A stretch of 64,000 nt of DNA from an uncultured Gammaproteobacteria bacterium. Its GTDB lineage: Bacteria > Pseudomonadota > Gammaproteobacteria > Natronospirales > REEB76. Positions 29,490 through 39,574 of the stretch are shown piece by piece (the first letter of the stretch is position 1; every line of letters starts with the position of its first letter). The stretch is taken from contig CAZPAO010000013.1 in NCBI GenBank assembly GCA_964584665.1, positions 488 through 64,487 of the forward strand, given 5' to 3'. The notes below the pieces were generated by a model. It was given only the letters and a program-made list of their open reading frames with translations, ran no database searches and was not told the origin of the DNA. A program made the position numbers and the translations under genes.

Positions 29490-31534
29490 GCCTTGGGTTC
29501 CTTGAGGGCGGCGGCGCTCCAGCCGACATCCGGCTTGAAGCGGGGGCCGTGGACCTCTGCGAGCTGGCCGAGGCGGGCTTCGACCTTGGCGGCGCCTGCG
29601 GCGCGGATATAGTTGATGGGGCCGCCGCGGAAGGGCGCGAAGCCGGTGCCGAAGATGACACCTGCATCCAGCAGGTCCGCGTCCGCCACGATGCCTTCGC
29701 GCAACACCGCCACCGCTTCGTTCAGCATGGGCAGGATCAGGCGGTCCTGCAGGTCCTGGGTGGCGCCCCGGGCCTTGGATTTGTCTTTCACGGGTTTGCC
29801 GTCGGCATACTTGTAGAAACCCTCGCCGGTCTTGCGGCCGAGCTTCTTCGCTTCCACCAGCTTCACCAGGCTCGCCGGGATCTTCTTGTCGAACTCCTTG
29901 GCGAAAACCTTGGCCACCGAGAGGCTGACGTCGAGTCCCACGGTGTCGGCGAGTTCCGCCGGCCCCATGGGCATGCCGAAGTCCAGCGCCGCCTGATCGA
30001 TAGCTTCCAGTGCCACGCCGTCGTCCGCGGCGAGCATGGCTTCCATCATGTAGGGCATGAGTATCCGGTTCACCAGGAAGCCGGGCGCGCTCTTCACCGG
30101 CACCGCGAGCTTGTCGATGTGACGGGCGAAGGCGAGGGCCTTGGCAACCACTTCCTTGGGAGTGTCCTCGGCGTGGATCACCTCGACCAGCGGCATCTTG
30201 GCCACGGGGTTGAAGAAGTGCAGGCCCACGAGGCGGGTCGGCTGCTTCAGCACCGTGCGCAGGGTCTCGAGGCGGATGCTGGAGGTGTTGGTGGCGAGCA
30301 CTTCGTCGGGGCCCATCACGGCATCGAGCTTCTTGTAGAGCGTCTGTTTCGCGTCCACGTCCTCGAAGATGGCCTCGATGGCCACCTGGGCATCCTTCGC
30401 GCCGTCACCCGCCACGTCCATCTTGAGGCGCGCCGTGGCCGCATCCACCTCGGCACCCTTGAGCTTCTTCTCGAACAGCTTGCGCGCGCGTCCGAGGGCC
30501 GGTTGTATGTACTTCTCTTCCCGGTCCTGCAATGTCACCTCGAAGCCGCGCAGGGCGCACCAGGCCGCGATATCGCCGCCCATGGTGCCGGCGCCGATGA
30601 CGTGCACGTGTTTCAAGGCGAGGTCGGATTTCTTGCCCAGGGACTTCAATCGGTCCTGCAGCAGGAACACGCGCATGAGGTTGTGGGAGACATCCAGCTC
30701 CAACATGTGTCCGAAGGAACGGGCCTCGGCCTCGAACTGGGATTCGCCCGCCGCGTACTTCTTCCACAGGTCGATCACGGCGTAGGGCGCCGGATAGTGG
30801 TCGCGGCGCACCTTGGCGGCCTGCACCTGCTTCACCAATATGTTGGCGATGAAGGGACGCAGTGGCGCGGAACCCAGCAGCTTCTGGACGAAGGGCGCAC
30901 TCTTCTTGGGCGCACCCGCCAGTACCAGGCGCTTGGCAGCGTCGCGGGCATCCGCTTCCTTCACTAGCTTGTCGACGAGGCCGATCTTGAGCGCTTCCTT
31001 GCCGCGCACGTTGCGGCCGCTCAGCATGAAGCCCATGGCCGGAAGCACACCCACCAGGCGCACCGAACGCACGCTGCCGCCGAAACCCGGATGCACGCCG
31101 ATCTTCACCTCCGGCAGACCGAGCGCCAACTTGTCATCATCCACGCCCACGCGGTAGGTGCAGGCGAGCGACAGCTCCAGGCCGCCGCCCAGGCAGTAGC
31201 CGTTGATGAGCGCGGCGGAGGGGCAGGACAGCTTCTCGATCTGCTCGAAGATCAGCTGGCCTCCACGGGCCATGCGGTAGGCTTCCTCCTGGACGCGCAG
31301 GTCCTTGATCTCCTTGATGTCGGCGCCGGCGATGAAACCGGATTTCTTGCCGGAGTAGATGACGAGGCCCTTGGGTCTCATCGCCGCCACCTCTTTCAGG
31401 CGCTCGCTCAACTCCAGCATCACGGCTGTCGATAGCACGTTGGCGCTGGCGCCGGCCTTGTCGAAGCATAGCCAGGCGACGCCGTCCGCGTCCTGCTCGA
31501 TGCGCCAGTTGGCCTGGGTGTTGCTGTCAGCCAT
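29486..31534 (-). CDS. Fatty-acid beta-oxidation multifunctional enzyme (enoyl-CoA hydratase / 3-hydroxyacyl-CoA dehydrogenase, FadB/FadJ type)
   Basis: FIAGADI, GGGLELSLAC, LPEVKIG, VIGAGTMG, TNTSS, GLHFFNP; start set at ATG 31534. Confidence 0.93.
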   Translation of the reverse strand: MADSNTQANWRIEQDADGVAWLCFDKAGASANVLSTAVMLELSERLKEVAAMRPKGLVIYSGKKSGFIAGADIKEIKDLRVQEEAYRMARGGQLIFEQIEKLSCPSAALINGYCLGGGLELSLACTYRVGVDDDKLALGLPEVKIGVHPGFGGSVRSVRLVGVLPAMGFMLSGRNVRGKEALKIGLVDKLVKEADARDAAKRLVLAGAPKKSAPFVQKLLGSAPLRPFIANILVKQVQAAKVRRDHYPAPYAVIDLWKKYAAGESQFEAEARSFGHMLELDVSHNLMRVFLLQDRLKSLGKKSDLALKHVHVIGAGTMGGDIAAWCALRGFEVTLQDREEKYIQPALGRARKLFEKKLKGAEVDAATARLKMDVAGDGAKDAQVAIEAIFEDVDAKQTLYKKLDAVMGPDEVLATNTSSIRLETLRTVLKQPTRLVGLHFFNPVAKMPLVEVIHAEDTPKEVVAKALAFARHIDKLAVPVKSAPGFLVNRILMPYMMEAMLAADDGVALEAIDQAALDFGMPMGPAELADTVGLDVSLSVAKVFAKEFDKKIPASLVKLVEAKKLGRKTGEGFYKYADGKPVKDKSKARGATQDLQDRLILPMLNEAVAVLREGIVADADLLDAGVIFGTGFAPFRGGPINYIRAAGAAKVEARLGQLAEVHGPRFKPDVGWSAAALKEPKA

Positions 31535-31626
31535 GGGAGACTCCGGGTGTTCGTGTAGTTGTCGGGCGGGGAGCCGCGTCCTGCGGCCCATCATCATAGG
31601 AAGGGGCCGAGGCAGCCGCAAGCAGG

Positions 31627-32307
31627 CTATTCGGGGGCGAGTTTCCCTTCGTCCAGCCCCGTGAAACGGGTGCCGGCGGGCACCTTGAGCAGGCGTGTGC
31701 GGATCTCCTGGTCGACCCGGGTCATGCTGGTGTAGCGGGCATCGTCCTCGCCGGTCTGGGTGCCATTCAGGGTGCGCTGTATGAAGTTGCGGGTGCCACG
31801 ACGCCGGAGGCGGGAAGCCTTCTCGTATACGTCGAACCAGTCCCCGGGCACCCGGTCGCCGAATCGCAGGCCGGCATATTCCCGCAGTACGGCCAGCCGC
31901 GCCTCGTTGGCGGCGATGTAGATGCGCGCCTCCTCATCGGTCTGCAGCATCTCGCTGCTCTGCTCGCGCAGTTTCTTGCGGACCTCGGGCGGCAGATCCA
32001 GGATCTCCATGTTGAGCAGGCGCCGGTCCACGCTGTCCATGAGTTCGCGGCGCAGGGCCTGCAGCGGTTCCCGGTCCCGGCGCAGTACGGTCTCGAACTC
32101 CAGCAGGTTGGAGCGCACAGACTCCCGCACCTCCGGCGTCATCTCTTCCAGCAGCGCCTCGCGCAGCACACGCAGGCGGTCGTCGGTGAACTTCGCGTCC
32201 AACCAGCTCTGCCAGGCCTGCTCCATGCTGGCGCGGCGGCGGCGCACCAGCAGCGCCACCACGCTGGCGAAAGCGGCGAGGGTGAGACCGGCCAGCAGCC
32301 AGCGCAT
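31627..32307 (-). CDS. Hypothetical membrane-anchored helical protein
   Basis: MRWLLAGLTLAAFASVVALLVRRRR anchor; start overlaps the upstream EEP gene stop. Confidence 0.65.
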   Translation of the reverse strand: MRWLLAGLTLAAFASVVALLVRRRRASMEQAWQSWLDAKFTDDRLRVLREALLEEMTPEVRESVRSNLLEFETVLRRDREPLQALRRELMDSVDRRLLNMEILDLPPEVRKKLREQSSEMLQTDEEARIYIAANEARLAVLREYAGLRFGDRVPGDWFDVYEKASRLRRRGTRNFIQRTLNGTQTGEDDARYTSMTRVDQEIRTRLLKVPAGTRFTGLDEGKLAPE

Positions 32308-33050
32308 CAGCGTGCGCTCCGCACGTGGAAGTCGCAGACCAGCGGCAGATGGTCGGAGAGCGAAGTGCGAGGGATGTCGAAACGCGTCACATCGATCGCG
32401 TCGCCGTGGAGGATGAAGTCGAGCTGCCGCAACGGCCGGTTGCTGGGCCAGGATGGCAGGTTGGCGGTGTTGGCGTTCTTCAACCCGCTGTGCTGGATGA
32501 AGCTCTCGATCTCGTGGTCGCCCCACAAGGTGTTGAAGTCGCCGGCGACGATGACCGGCTTGGGGGCGCTGCGCACGAGGGAGGCTAGGTGGTGCATCTG
32601 CTGGTGCCGGTGACTGCGCTTGAGGGACAGGTGCACCAGGAACAGGCACACCTGATCCAACTCGAGTTCCATGATAAGCCGCTTCACACCCAGTTCAAAG
32701 TAGTGGATGCGCTGGACCGCATCCGGGTAACGCGTGAGGAAGGCATTGCCCTGCTTATTGAGGATGGGCAGCCTGCGGTTGAAGGAGTTGATGCCGTATT
32801 TGTTCTGGAAATGGGGGGAATGGCCGATGGCCTTGCCGATGGCCTCCGCCTGGTTCACTGCCGAGGCGCGCCGTGACCCCAGGTCCACCTCTACCAGGCC
32901 GACGATGTCCGGCGCCTGGTCCCGTATGAAGTCGGTGAGCTGGGCCAGGTTCCGGCTGGTGTTGCGCAGGTAGCCCGCCCCCGGCAGGGGCAGGTGGAAG
33001 CCCGGGCCGGTGCCCGTGGCGTAGCGGATGTTGTAGAGCAGCAGGCGCAA
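32307..33050 (-). CDS. Endonuclease/exonuclease/phosphatase (EEP) family protein
   Basis: LLYNI, PDIVGLVEVD, HLSL, VAGDFN, LDFI, SDHLP; TTG start. Confidence 0.9.
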   Translation of the reverse strand: MRLLLYNIRYATGTGPGFHLPLPGAGYLRNTSRNLAQLTDFIRDQAPDIVGLVEVDLGSRRASAVNQAEAIGKAIGHSPHFQNKYGINSFNRRLPILNKQGNAFLTRYPDAVQRIHYFELGVKRLIMELELDQVCLFLVHLSLKRSHRHQQMHHLASLVRSAPKPVIVAGDFNTLWGDHEIESFIQHSGLKNANTANLPSWPSNRPLRQLDFILHGDAIDVTRFDIPRTSLSDHLPLVCDFHVRSAR

Positions 33051-33104
33051 GTGGCGTGACGGGGGTTTAGAATCGTTCGAAGACTATACCAGCCGGACCC
33101 TCCG

Positions 33105-34202
33105 ATGGCGGCGCAAGCCAGCGTACGTAAAATCAGCCCCTTGCCCGCGCACATCTACACCGAGGGCGACGAGCTGTACGAGGCCATGCTCGCCGCCATC
33201 CGCGGCGCGCGCCGCAGCGTCAAGTTCGAGAGCTACATATTCGCTGACGATGAGGTGGGCCAGCGCTTCATCGAGGCGCTGGTGGAGCGAGCCCGGGCCG
33301 GCGTGCAGGTGCTGGTCTACATCGACGCGGTGGGTTCCTTGTTCTCGGGACCGCATCGGGTCGAGGAGGCGCTCAAGGCCGGCGGCGTGCAGGTGCGCTG
33401 GTTCCAGCGCTGGAACTGGCGTGACCCCGGCCGCTACAACCGGCGCAACCACCGCAAGCTGCTGGTGGTGGACGGACGCGTCGGCTTCTTCGGCGGCTTC
33501 AACATCCACCGCGAGAACTCCCATTCGGTGTTCGGCGAGCTGCGTTGGCGCGATACCCATGTGGAAGTCACCGGGCCCCTGGCCCGTGGCCTGCAGGTCC
33601 TGTTCGATGCCTTCTGGCGCAACCAGGTTCGGCCGAGCCCGGAACTGGAGGTGGAGGGCGGTCACCTCCTCATCACCAACCATTCCCACCGCGGCCGCAA
33701 CCACCTGCATAAGCTCTATGGCCGCAAGTTCGCCGAGGCGAAGCAGAGCATCCACCTCACCACTCCGTACTTCGTGCCGGACTATCGGACCCGTCGATCC
33801 CTGATGCACGCGGCGCTCAGAGGGGTGGAGGTACGGCTGGTGGTGCCCCACAAGCCCGACGCCCGCATCGTGCAATGGGCAGCCCATGCGGCCTATGCCA
33901 ACCTGATGGCGGCCGGGGTGCATATCCATGAATACCTGCCCCGCATGCTCCATGCCAAGACCATCGTCATAGACGGGGAGTGGTGCAGCGTCGGCACCGC
34001 CAATCTGGACTACCGCAGCTTCTTCCTGAACTATGAGTTGACCCTGGTGAGCACTGACAAGGCCCTGGTGGAGAAGCTGGAGTCCGACTTCCAAGGAGAC
34101 CTTAAACAATCCGTGGCCATCCAGCCCAAGCGCTGGGCCAGACGCCGCTGGTGGCTGAAATCGCTCGAAGCCATCGGTTGGGCTGCTCGTCACTGGCTAT
34201 AA
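33105..34202 (+). CDS. Phospholipase D family, cardiolipin-synthase-like (ClsB type)
   Basis: Two HKD motifs: HRKLLVVD and HAKTIVID; GTANLDYRS. Confidence 0.9.
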   Translation: MAAQASVRKISPLPAHIYTEGDELYEAMLAAIRGARRSVKFESYIFADDEVGQRFIEALVERARAGVQVLVYIDAVGSLFSGPHRVEEALKAGGVQVRWFQRWNWRDPGRYNRRNHRKLLVVDGRVGFFGGFNIHRENSHSVFGELRWRDTHVEVTGPLARGLQVLFDAFWRNQVRPSPELEVEGGHLLITNHSHRGRNHLHKLYGRKFAEAKQSIHLTTPYFVPDYRTRRSLMHAALRGVEVRLVVPHKPDARIVQWAAHAAYANLMAAGVHIHEYLPRMLHAKTIVIDGEWCSVGTANLDYRSFFLNYELTLVSTDKALVEKLESDFQGDLKQSVAIQPKRWARRRWWLKSLEAIGWAARHWL

Positions 34203-34346
34203 AGTGTTCGATAAGTCACTTTTAAGATATTCAGTATCTAATTGATATTTAACGTTATTAATCACAGAATAATCTCCGTACCGCCGGTCAGTGTGCCGAT
34301 GCTAGAGTGCAGCCTCTAGCCGCCTGAAACTCTTGAGGAGCAGACC

Positions 34347-36479
34347 ATGCTGTCCCGTCCGTCCCTGGCCCTGTGTGCCTCAATCCTGGGTCTCGTGAGC
34401 CTCACGGCCCAAGCCGACGGGGATTTCACCCTCAAGCAGGCCCTGAGTTATCCCTACCCAACGGAACTCGTCGCCTCTCCCAAGGGCAGTGCCATGGCCT
34501 GGGTCCAGGACCTGGGTGGCGTCCGGAATGTCTGGCTGGCGGATGCCCCCGGCGCGACGCCCCGGCAGCTCACCCACTACAGCGGGGATGAGGGTATCGA
34601 GATCAGCCATCTCAAGCTCTCGGCGGACGGGCAGTACCTGGTCTACGTGCGGGGAGGCGATCACGACGCCAACTGGCCGGAAGCCCTGGAGCCCGGCCCC
34701 GGCTCCATGCCGGTGCAGCCCACCATGCAGGTATGGAGCGTGGCCCTGAAGGGCGGCGAACCGCAGCTCCTGGGTGATGGCGATGCGCCGGCCATCTCGC
34801 CGGACAGCGCACGCGTAGCCTTCATCCACCTGCCGGAACATTCGGTCTGGTCCGCAGCTCTGGCCGGCGGCAAGGCCGCGCAGCTCTTCTTCGACCGGGG
34901 CAAGGCTTCGGACCTGCGCTGGTCGCCGGACGGCAAGGCGCTCGCCTTCGTCTCGGGCCGGGGCGACCACAGCTTCATCAGCATATACCGTGACGACAAG
35001 ACGCCCATCCAGTACCTGGCGCCGTCCACCAGCACCGACTTCATGCCGCGCTGGTCCCAGGACGGCGGCCGCATCGCGTTCGTGCGTGTGCCCGGCGATG
35101 GCGGCGCACCCCAGCCGATCCTGAAGCAGGTGCCCAACCCCTGGGCCATCTGGGTGGCGGACGTGGCCACGGGCAAGGCTGCGCTAGCCTGGCAGAGTCC
35201 CAAGACCCTGCGCGGCTCCTATCCGCAGACGGAGGGCGAAGCCAACCTGCACTGGCTGACAGGTGACCGGCTCTTGTTCCTCGCGGACATGGACAACTGG
35301 CCGCACCTCTACTCGGTGCCGGCGAAGGGAGGCGAGGCCAAGCTGCTCACGCCCGGCAAGTTCATGGTGGAGTACGTGAGCGTGAGCGGCGACGGCAGCC
35401 GCGTGGTGTACAGCGCCAACATCGGCGCCAACGTGGGCGACCAGGACCGCCGCCATCTCTATCTCATCACCGCCGACGGCAGCACGCCGGAGAAGGTGCT
35501 CACCGCCGGCGAACGCATCGAATGGACGCCGGCCTTGAGCGGCGACGGCAAGACCCTGGGCTTCGTGCAGGCGGGCGTGCAGACGCCTCCGCTGGTGGTG
35601 GCGGGCGGGGTGGACAAATCCGACTGGCACACTTTGAACGCGGACAGCGTCCCGGCAGATTTCCCCAAGAGCGGCTTCGTCACGCCGCGCTCCGTGAGCT
35701 TCGAGGCTGCCGACGGCACCGAGGTGCACGGCCAGCTCTACGCCGCGGATGGCGGCGGCCGCAAACCGGCGGTCATCTTCGTGCACGGCGGCCCGCCGCG
35801 GCAGATGCTGCTCGGCTGGCATTACATGAACTACTACTCCAACGCCTACGCGGTGGACCAGTACCTGGCGACCCATGGCTTCGTGGTGCTGGCGCTCAAC
35901 TACCGTCTCGGCATCGGCTACGGCCACGACTTCAACAACCCGCCCCACTGGGGGCCGACCGGCGCGGCGGAGTACCAGGATGTGGTGGCAGGCGCCAAGT
36001 TCCTGATGCATGACGAGCGCGTGGACGGCAAACGCCTCGGCATCTGGGGCGGTTCCTACGGCGGTTACCTGACCGCCATGGCGCTGGCCCACAACTCCGA
36101 CATCTTCAAAGCCGGGGTCGACTTCAACGGTGTGCATGATTGGTCCTACGACATCGCTGACCTCTACACCGGCGGCAGGGCGCGCTACGAGGAAGGGGAC
36201 CGCAAGCAGGCCATGAAAGTGGCGTGGCAGTCCTCGCCCATCTCGGCCATGAAGGGCTGGCGCTCGCCCGTGCTGCTGATCCAGGGGGATGACGACCGCA
36301 ACGTATACTTCCACGAGATGATCGACATAGTGAATCGCCTGGACGACATGGGCGTGCAGCATGAGGAGCTGGTGATCCCCAACGAGATCCACGGCTTCCT
36401 GCGGCGCGCCTCCTGGCTCGCGGCGGACCAGGCGACGGTGGCGTTCTTCCAGAAGCAGCTGCGCCCCGCCGGTAACTGA
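34347..36479 (+). CDS. Secreted S9-family (prolyl oligopeptidase / DPP IV-like) peptidase
   Basis: Signal peptide, PD40-like repeats, VHGGP, WGGSYGG, QGDDD, HGF. Confidence 0.92.
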   Translation: MLSRPSLALCASILGLVSLTAQADGDFTLKQALSYPYPTELVASPKGSAMAWVQDLGGVRNVWLADAPGATPRQLTHYSGDEGIEISHLKLSADGQYLVYVRGGDHDANWPEALEPGPGSMPVQPTMQVWSVALKGGEPQLLGDGDAPAISPDSARVAFIHLPEHSVWSAALAGGKAAQLFFDRGKASDLRWSPDGKALAFVSGRGDHSFISIYRDDKTPIQYLAPSTSTDFMPRWSQDGGRIAFVRVPGDGGAPQPILKQVPNPWAIWVADVATGKAALAWQSPKTLRGSYPQTEGEANLHWLTGDRLLFLADMDNWPHLYSVPAKGGEAKLLTPGKFMVEYVSVSGDGSRVVYSANIGANVGDQDRRHLYLITADGSTPEKVLTAGERIEWTPALSGDGKTLGFVQAGVQTPPLVVAGGVDKSDWHTLNADSVPADFPKSGFVTPRSVSFEAADGTEVHGQLYAADGGGRKPAVIFVHGGPPRQMLLGWHYMNYYSNAYAVDQYLATHGFVVLALNYRLGIGYGHDFNNPPHWGPTGAAEYQDVVAGAKFLMHDERVDGKRLGIWGGSYGGYLTAMALAHNSDIFKAGVDFNGVHDWSYDIADLYTGGRARYEEGDRKQAMKVAWQSSPISAMKGWRSPVLLIQGDDDRNVYFHEMIDIVNRLDDMGVQHEELVIPNEIHGFLRRASWLAADQATVAFFQKQLRPAGN

Positions 36480-36493
36480 GCTGCGGCGGATAC

Positions 36494-37861
36494 ATGGCAC
36501 GCACGGCGCTGGTCATCGGCGGAGGGCTGCTGGGCGTCACCAGCGCCTGGTATCTGGCCGAGCGCGGGCTCGAGGTCACCTTGGTCGATCGGCGCGAGGC
36601 CACCGGTCTCGAGACCAGTTTCGCCAACGGCGGGCTCATCACACCGAGCCAGTCGGACCCGTGGAACGGGCCAGGCACGCTCGTCCATCTACTCACCTGG
36701 TTGTGGCGCGAGGATTCACCGCTGCTGCTGAGACCGCGGGCCCTGCCCGGCATGTGGCGCTGGGGACTGAAGTTCCTGCTGGCTTCCCGCGCCGCGCCCT
36801 GGTGGCGTGCCACGGAAGCGAACCTGCGGCTCGGGCTCTACAGCGCAGAAGCCCTGCGCGCATTGCGCACGCAGCTTGCTCTCCGCTACGACTCACACAG
36901 TGCCGGCACCCTCAAGGTATATCGCGAGGCCGACGCCTTGGAGCGTTCCCTGGTGCTGGCCCGTTCCCTCGCGCCGGTGGGTCTGCACTTCAGGGCCCTC
37001 ACACCCACGGAAGCGGCGGCCCTCGAACCCATGCTCGGATCCCAGGCAGACACACTGGCGGGCGCCATCCACTATCCGGACGATGAGAGCGGCGATGCCC
37101 ACGCCTTCACCCAGGCCTTGGAGCAGGCCGCGCGCCGCGCCGGCGTTAAGTTCCTGTTGGGGACCGAAGTGCGCGGGTTGAAGGCCCGAGCCAGCCGGCT
37201 TACGGGGGTGGAGACCGCCGAAGGCGATCTGCAGGCCGACATCTATATATTGGCGGCTGGCAGTTACTGCACGCCGCTCGCGGCATCGCTGGGGTTAAAG
37301 CTGCCTATCTACCCGGTGAAGGGTTACTCGGCCACCTTGGATGCGCCGGGACTGAAGCGCAGCTTGAGCGTGCCCTTGGTGGATTTCGAGCGGAAGATCG
37401 TGGTCACGCCGATCGGGACGCACCTGCGGGTCGCGGGCACCGCGGAGTTCACGGGCTACGATGTCACGCTCAACCCGCGGCGCGGTGCGAACGTGCTGAA
37501 GCAGATGCTGGCATTGCTGCCGGAAGTGGCGGAGCAGGTGGATGAGACGACGGCTCAACACTGGGCCGGGCTGCGCCCCATGACCGCGGATGGACCACCC
37601 ATCGTAGGTGCCACGCCGTATCCCAACCTCTTTATAAACAGCGGCCATGGGCCGCTGGGATTCACCCTCAGTGCCGGTTCCAGCAAGTTGCTTGCGGACA
37701 TCATCGCGGGCGCGCAGCCCGGCATAGATCCCGCGCCCTATGCCTTGAGCCGCTTCGGCTGGGTCACTCCCCGGTCTTGGCCGGTTCAGCCCGTGTGTAG
37801 GAGGCGATGCCCTGCATGTCCAGGCTCACGGGCTTGCCCAGAGCGTCCAGGCCGAAGGTGA
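36494..37861 (+). CDS. dadA: D-amino acid dehydrogenase, FAD-dependent
   Basis: IGGGLLG, ETSFANGG, IYPVKGYS, WAGLRPMTADG, GHGPLGFT; 3' end overlaps the convergent gene. Confidence 0.85.
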   Translation: MARTALVIGGGLLGVTSAWYLAERGLEVTLVDRREATGLETSFANGGLITPSQSDPWNGPGTLVHLLTWLWREDSPLLLRPRALPGMWRWGLKFLLASRAAPWWRATEANLRLGLYSAEALRALRTQLALRYDSHSAGTLKVYREADALERSLVLARSLAPVGLHFRALTPTEAAALEPMLGSQADTLAGAIHYPDDESGDAHAFTQALEQAARRAGVKFLLGTEVRGLKARASRLTGVETAEGDLQADIYILAAGSYCTPLAASLGLKLPIYPVKGYSATLDAPGLKRSLSVPLVDFERKIVVTPIGTHLRVAGTAEFTGYDVTLNPRRGANVLKQMLALLPEVAEQVDETTAQHWAGLRPMTADGPPIVGATPYPNLFINSGHGPLGFTLSAGSSKLLADIIAGAQPGIDPAPYALSRFGWVTPRSWPVQPVCRRRCPACPGSRACPERPGRR

Positions 37862-39296
37862 CGTAGCCCTTGCCGAGGTAGGCGTAGTCCCACTGCACCT
37901 GGAAGGTGTCGTGGTCCCAATGCTTGAGCGCGCCGGTGAACCGCTTGCTGGCTCGCAGCACGAGCTTGCCGCCCTGCATCGACACCTTCACGTCACCGTA
38001 GAGTTCGTTGCTGTAGGTGCCGGCGTAGTCCGCCAGCGGCAGCGGCGCGGGTCCGGCTTGATAGGCTTTCTCCAGGATCGTGCGGCCGGCTTTGTCCGCC
38101 GCATAGTCCGACGCCACGGCCTTCAGCACCGCGGTGCTCCAGTCCTTCTCCGGGCGGCCCTCGTAGGCATCCACCACGCGCCATACCAATGCCATGGGCA
38201 GCCAGCTTTGGTCCATGTTGCTCAAGACCACCACGCCCAGGTGCTGCGAGGGCACCATGCCGAGCCCCGCGCTCATCCCGTCGATATGCCCCGAATGCCA
38301 CACCACCTTCGTGCCCGCATAGTCCTGCAGGAAGAACCCGAGGCCGTAGGCATAGAAGCGACTGTCGGGATTGAGGGCGTTCAGGAACCGGGCCTCACCG
38401 TCCTTTCCGCCGATGAGCATCTGCGGCGTCTCCATCTCCTGGATGACGGCGGGACTCAAGACCTGCTTGCCTTCATAACGCCCGTCCGCCAGCAGCATGC
38501 GCATCCACTGCGACATCTCGCGCACGCTGGAGTTGATGGCGCCGGCGGGGGCGAGGCTGCCGGCGTCGTACCAAGCGATCGGCTGCACCTTGCCGTCCAC
38601 TTCCGCATGGGGCGCGGCCGCATCCGAGTCGCGGGTGAATGCATGCACGCTGGTGTTGCTGGTGTCCATGTGCAGCGGCTTGAAGAAATGCGAGCGCACG
38701 TAATCGCTCCAGCTGCTGCCGCTCACCGCCGGCACCACGGAGCCCGCGGTCATGTACAGGCTGTTGCTGTAGCAGAACTGGGAGCGGAAGCTGTAGGCGG
38801 GCTTCTGGTAGCGCAAGCGCGCGATGATCTCCTTGTCGCTGAAGTCAGTGACATACCAGACGCCGTCCTCGCCGCAGGTGCCGCTGCGGTGGCTGAGGAG
38901 GTCACGCAACGTGACTTCGCGGGTCACATAGGGATCCTGCATCTGGAAACCCGTCAAGAGCTTCGTCATGGGGTCGTCCCAAGCCAGCTTCCCGGCTTCC
39001 ACCAGGGTGCCGAGGGAGGCGGCCGTGAAGGCCTTGGTGTTGGAACCGATGCCGAAGAGCGTGTCGGCATCGACGCTTTCGGGCTCGTCCAGGTTCCGCC
39101 TGCCGAAGCCGCGGGCCCAGACCAGCTTGTCATCTTTCACCACAGCGATGGCGAGGCCCGGCACCTTCCAGTCGGCCATCGCATCCTGGATATAGGCATC
39201 CAGCCCTTTCAGTTCCTGCGGCGGCTCATCGGCAGCAACAGCGGCGGTGGCCAGCAACAGGCAGGCGAGGATGGGAAGTAGGCGAAGGCCAGGCAT
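37764..39296 (-). CDS. Secreted beta-lactamase-family serine hydrolase with a DUF3471-like C-terminus
   Basis: Signal peptide, FGIGSNTK (SxxK), YSN, HSG, YAGTYSNELYG; start set at ATG 39296. Confidence 0.9.
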   Translation of the reverse strand: MPGLRLLPILACLLLATAAVAADEPPQELKGLDAYIQDAMADWKVPGLAIAVVKDDKLVWARGFGRRNLDEPESVDADTLFGIGSNTKAFTAASLGTLVEAGKLAWDDPMTKLLTGFQMQDPYVTREVTLRDLLSHRSGTCGEDGVWYVTDFSDKEIIARLRYQKPAYSFRSQFCYSNSLYMTAGSVVPAVSGSSWSDYVRSHFFKPLHMDTSNTSVHAFTRDSDAAAPHAEVDGKVQPIAWYDAGSLAPAGAINSSVREMSQWMRMLLADGRYEGKQVLSPAVIQEMETPQMLIGGKDGEARFLNALNPDSRFYAYGLGFFLQDYAGTKVVWHSGHIDGMSAGLGMVPSQHLGVVVLSNMDQSWLPMALVWRVVDAYEGRPEKDWSTAVLKAVASDYAADKAGRTILEKAYQAGPAPLPLADYAGTYSNELYGDVKVSMQGGKLVLRASKRFTGALKHWDHDTFQVQWDYAYLGKGYVTFGLDALGKPVSLDMQGIASYTRAEPAKTGE

Positions 39297-39574
39297 GGGC
39301 GGCTCCTGGAGTGAGTCTAGAGATGCGTAGCGTGCGAAACATCTGCTCCCGGTACCGGCTGAAGCTACGCGGTTTTTACTGTATAAACTAGGACAGGGAG
39401 CGTCCGGCGGGGGTCGGGTCTGCTCCGACATGGATGGAGGGGTGCCGCGTGCCGAGGGACGGCGAACGGCTCAAGGGTCATCTGGCCTGCACCTTTGGAA
39501 GATCACGGACGGTCTCTCGAATCCCGCTTACCAAACTGGCAGGCGGGCATGTGACTGTGCAGCAGGGGATCGGC

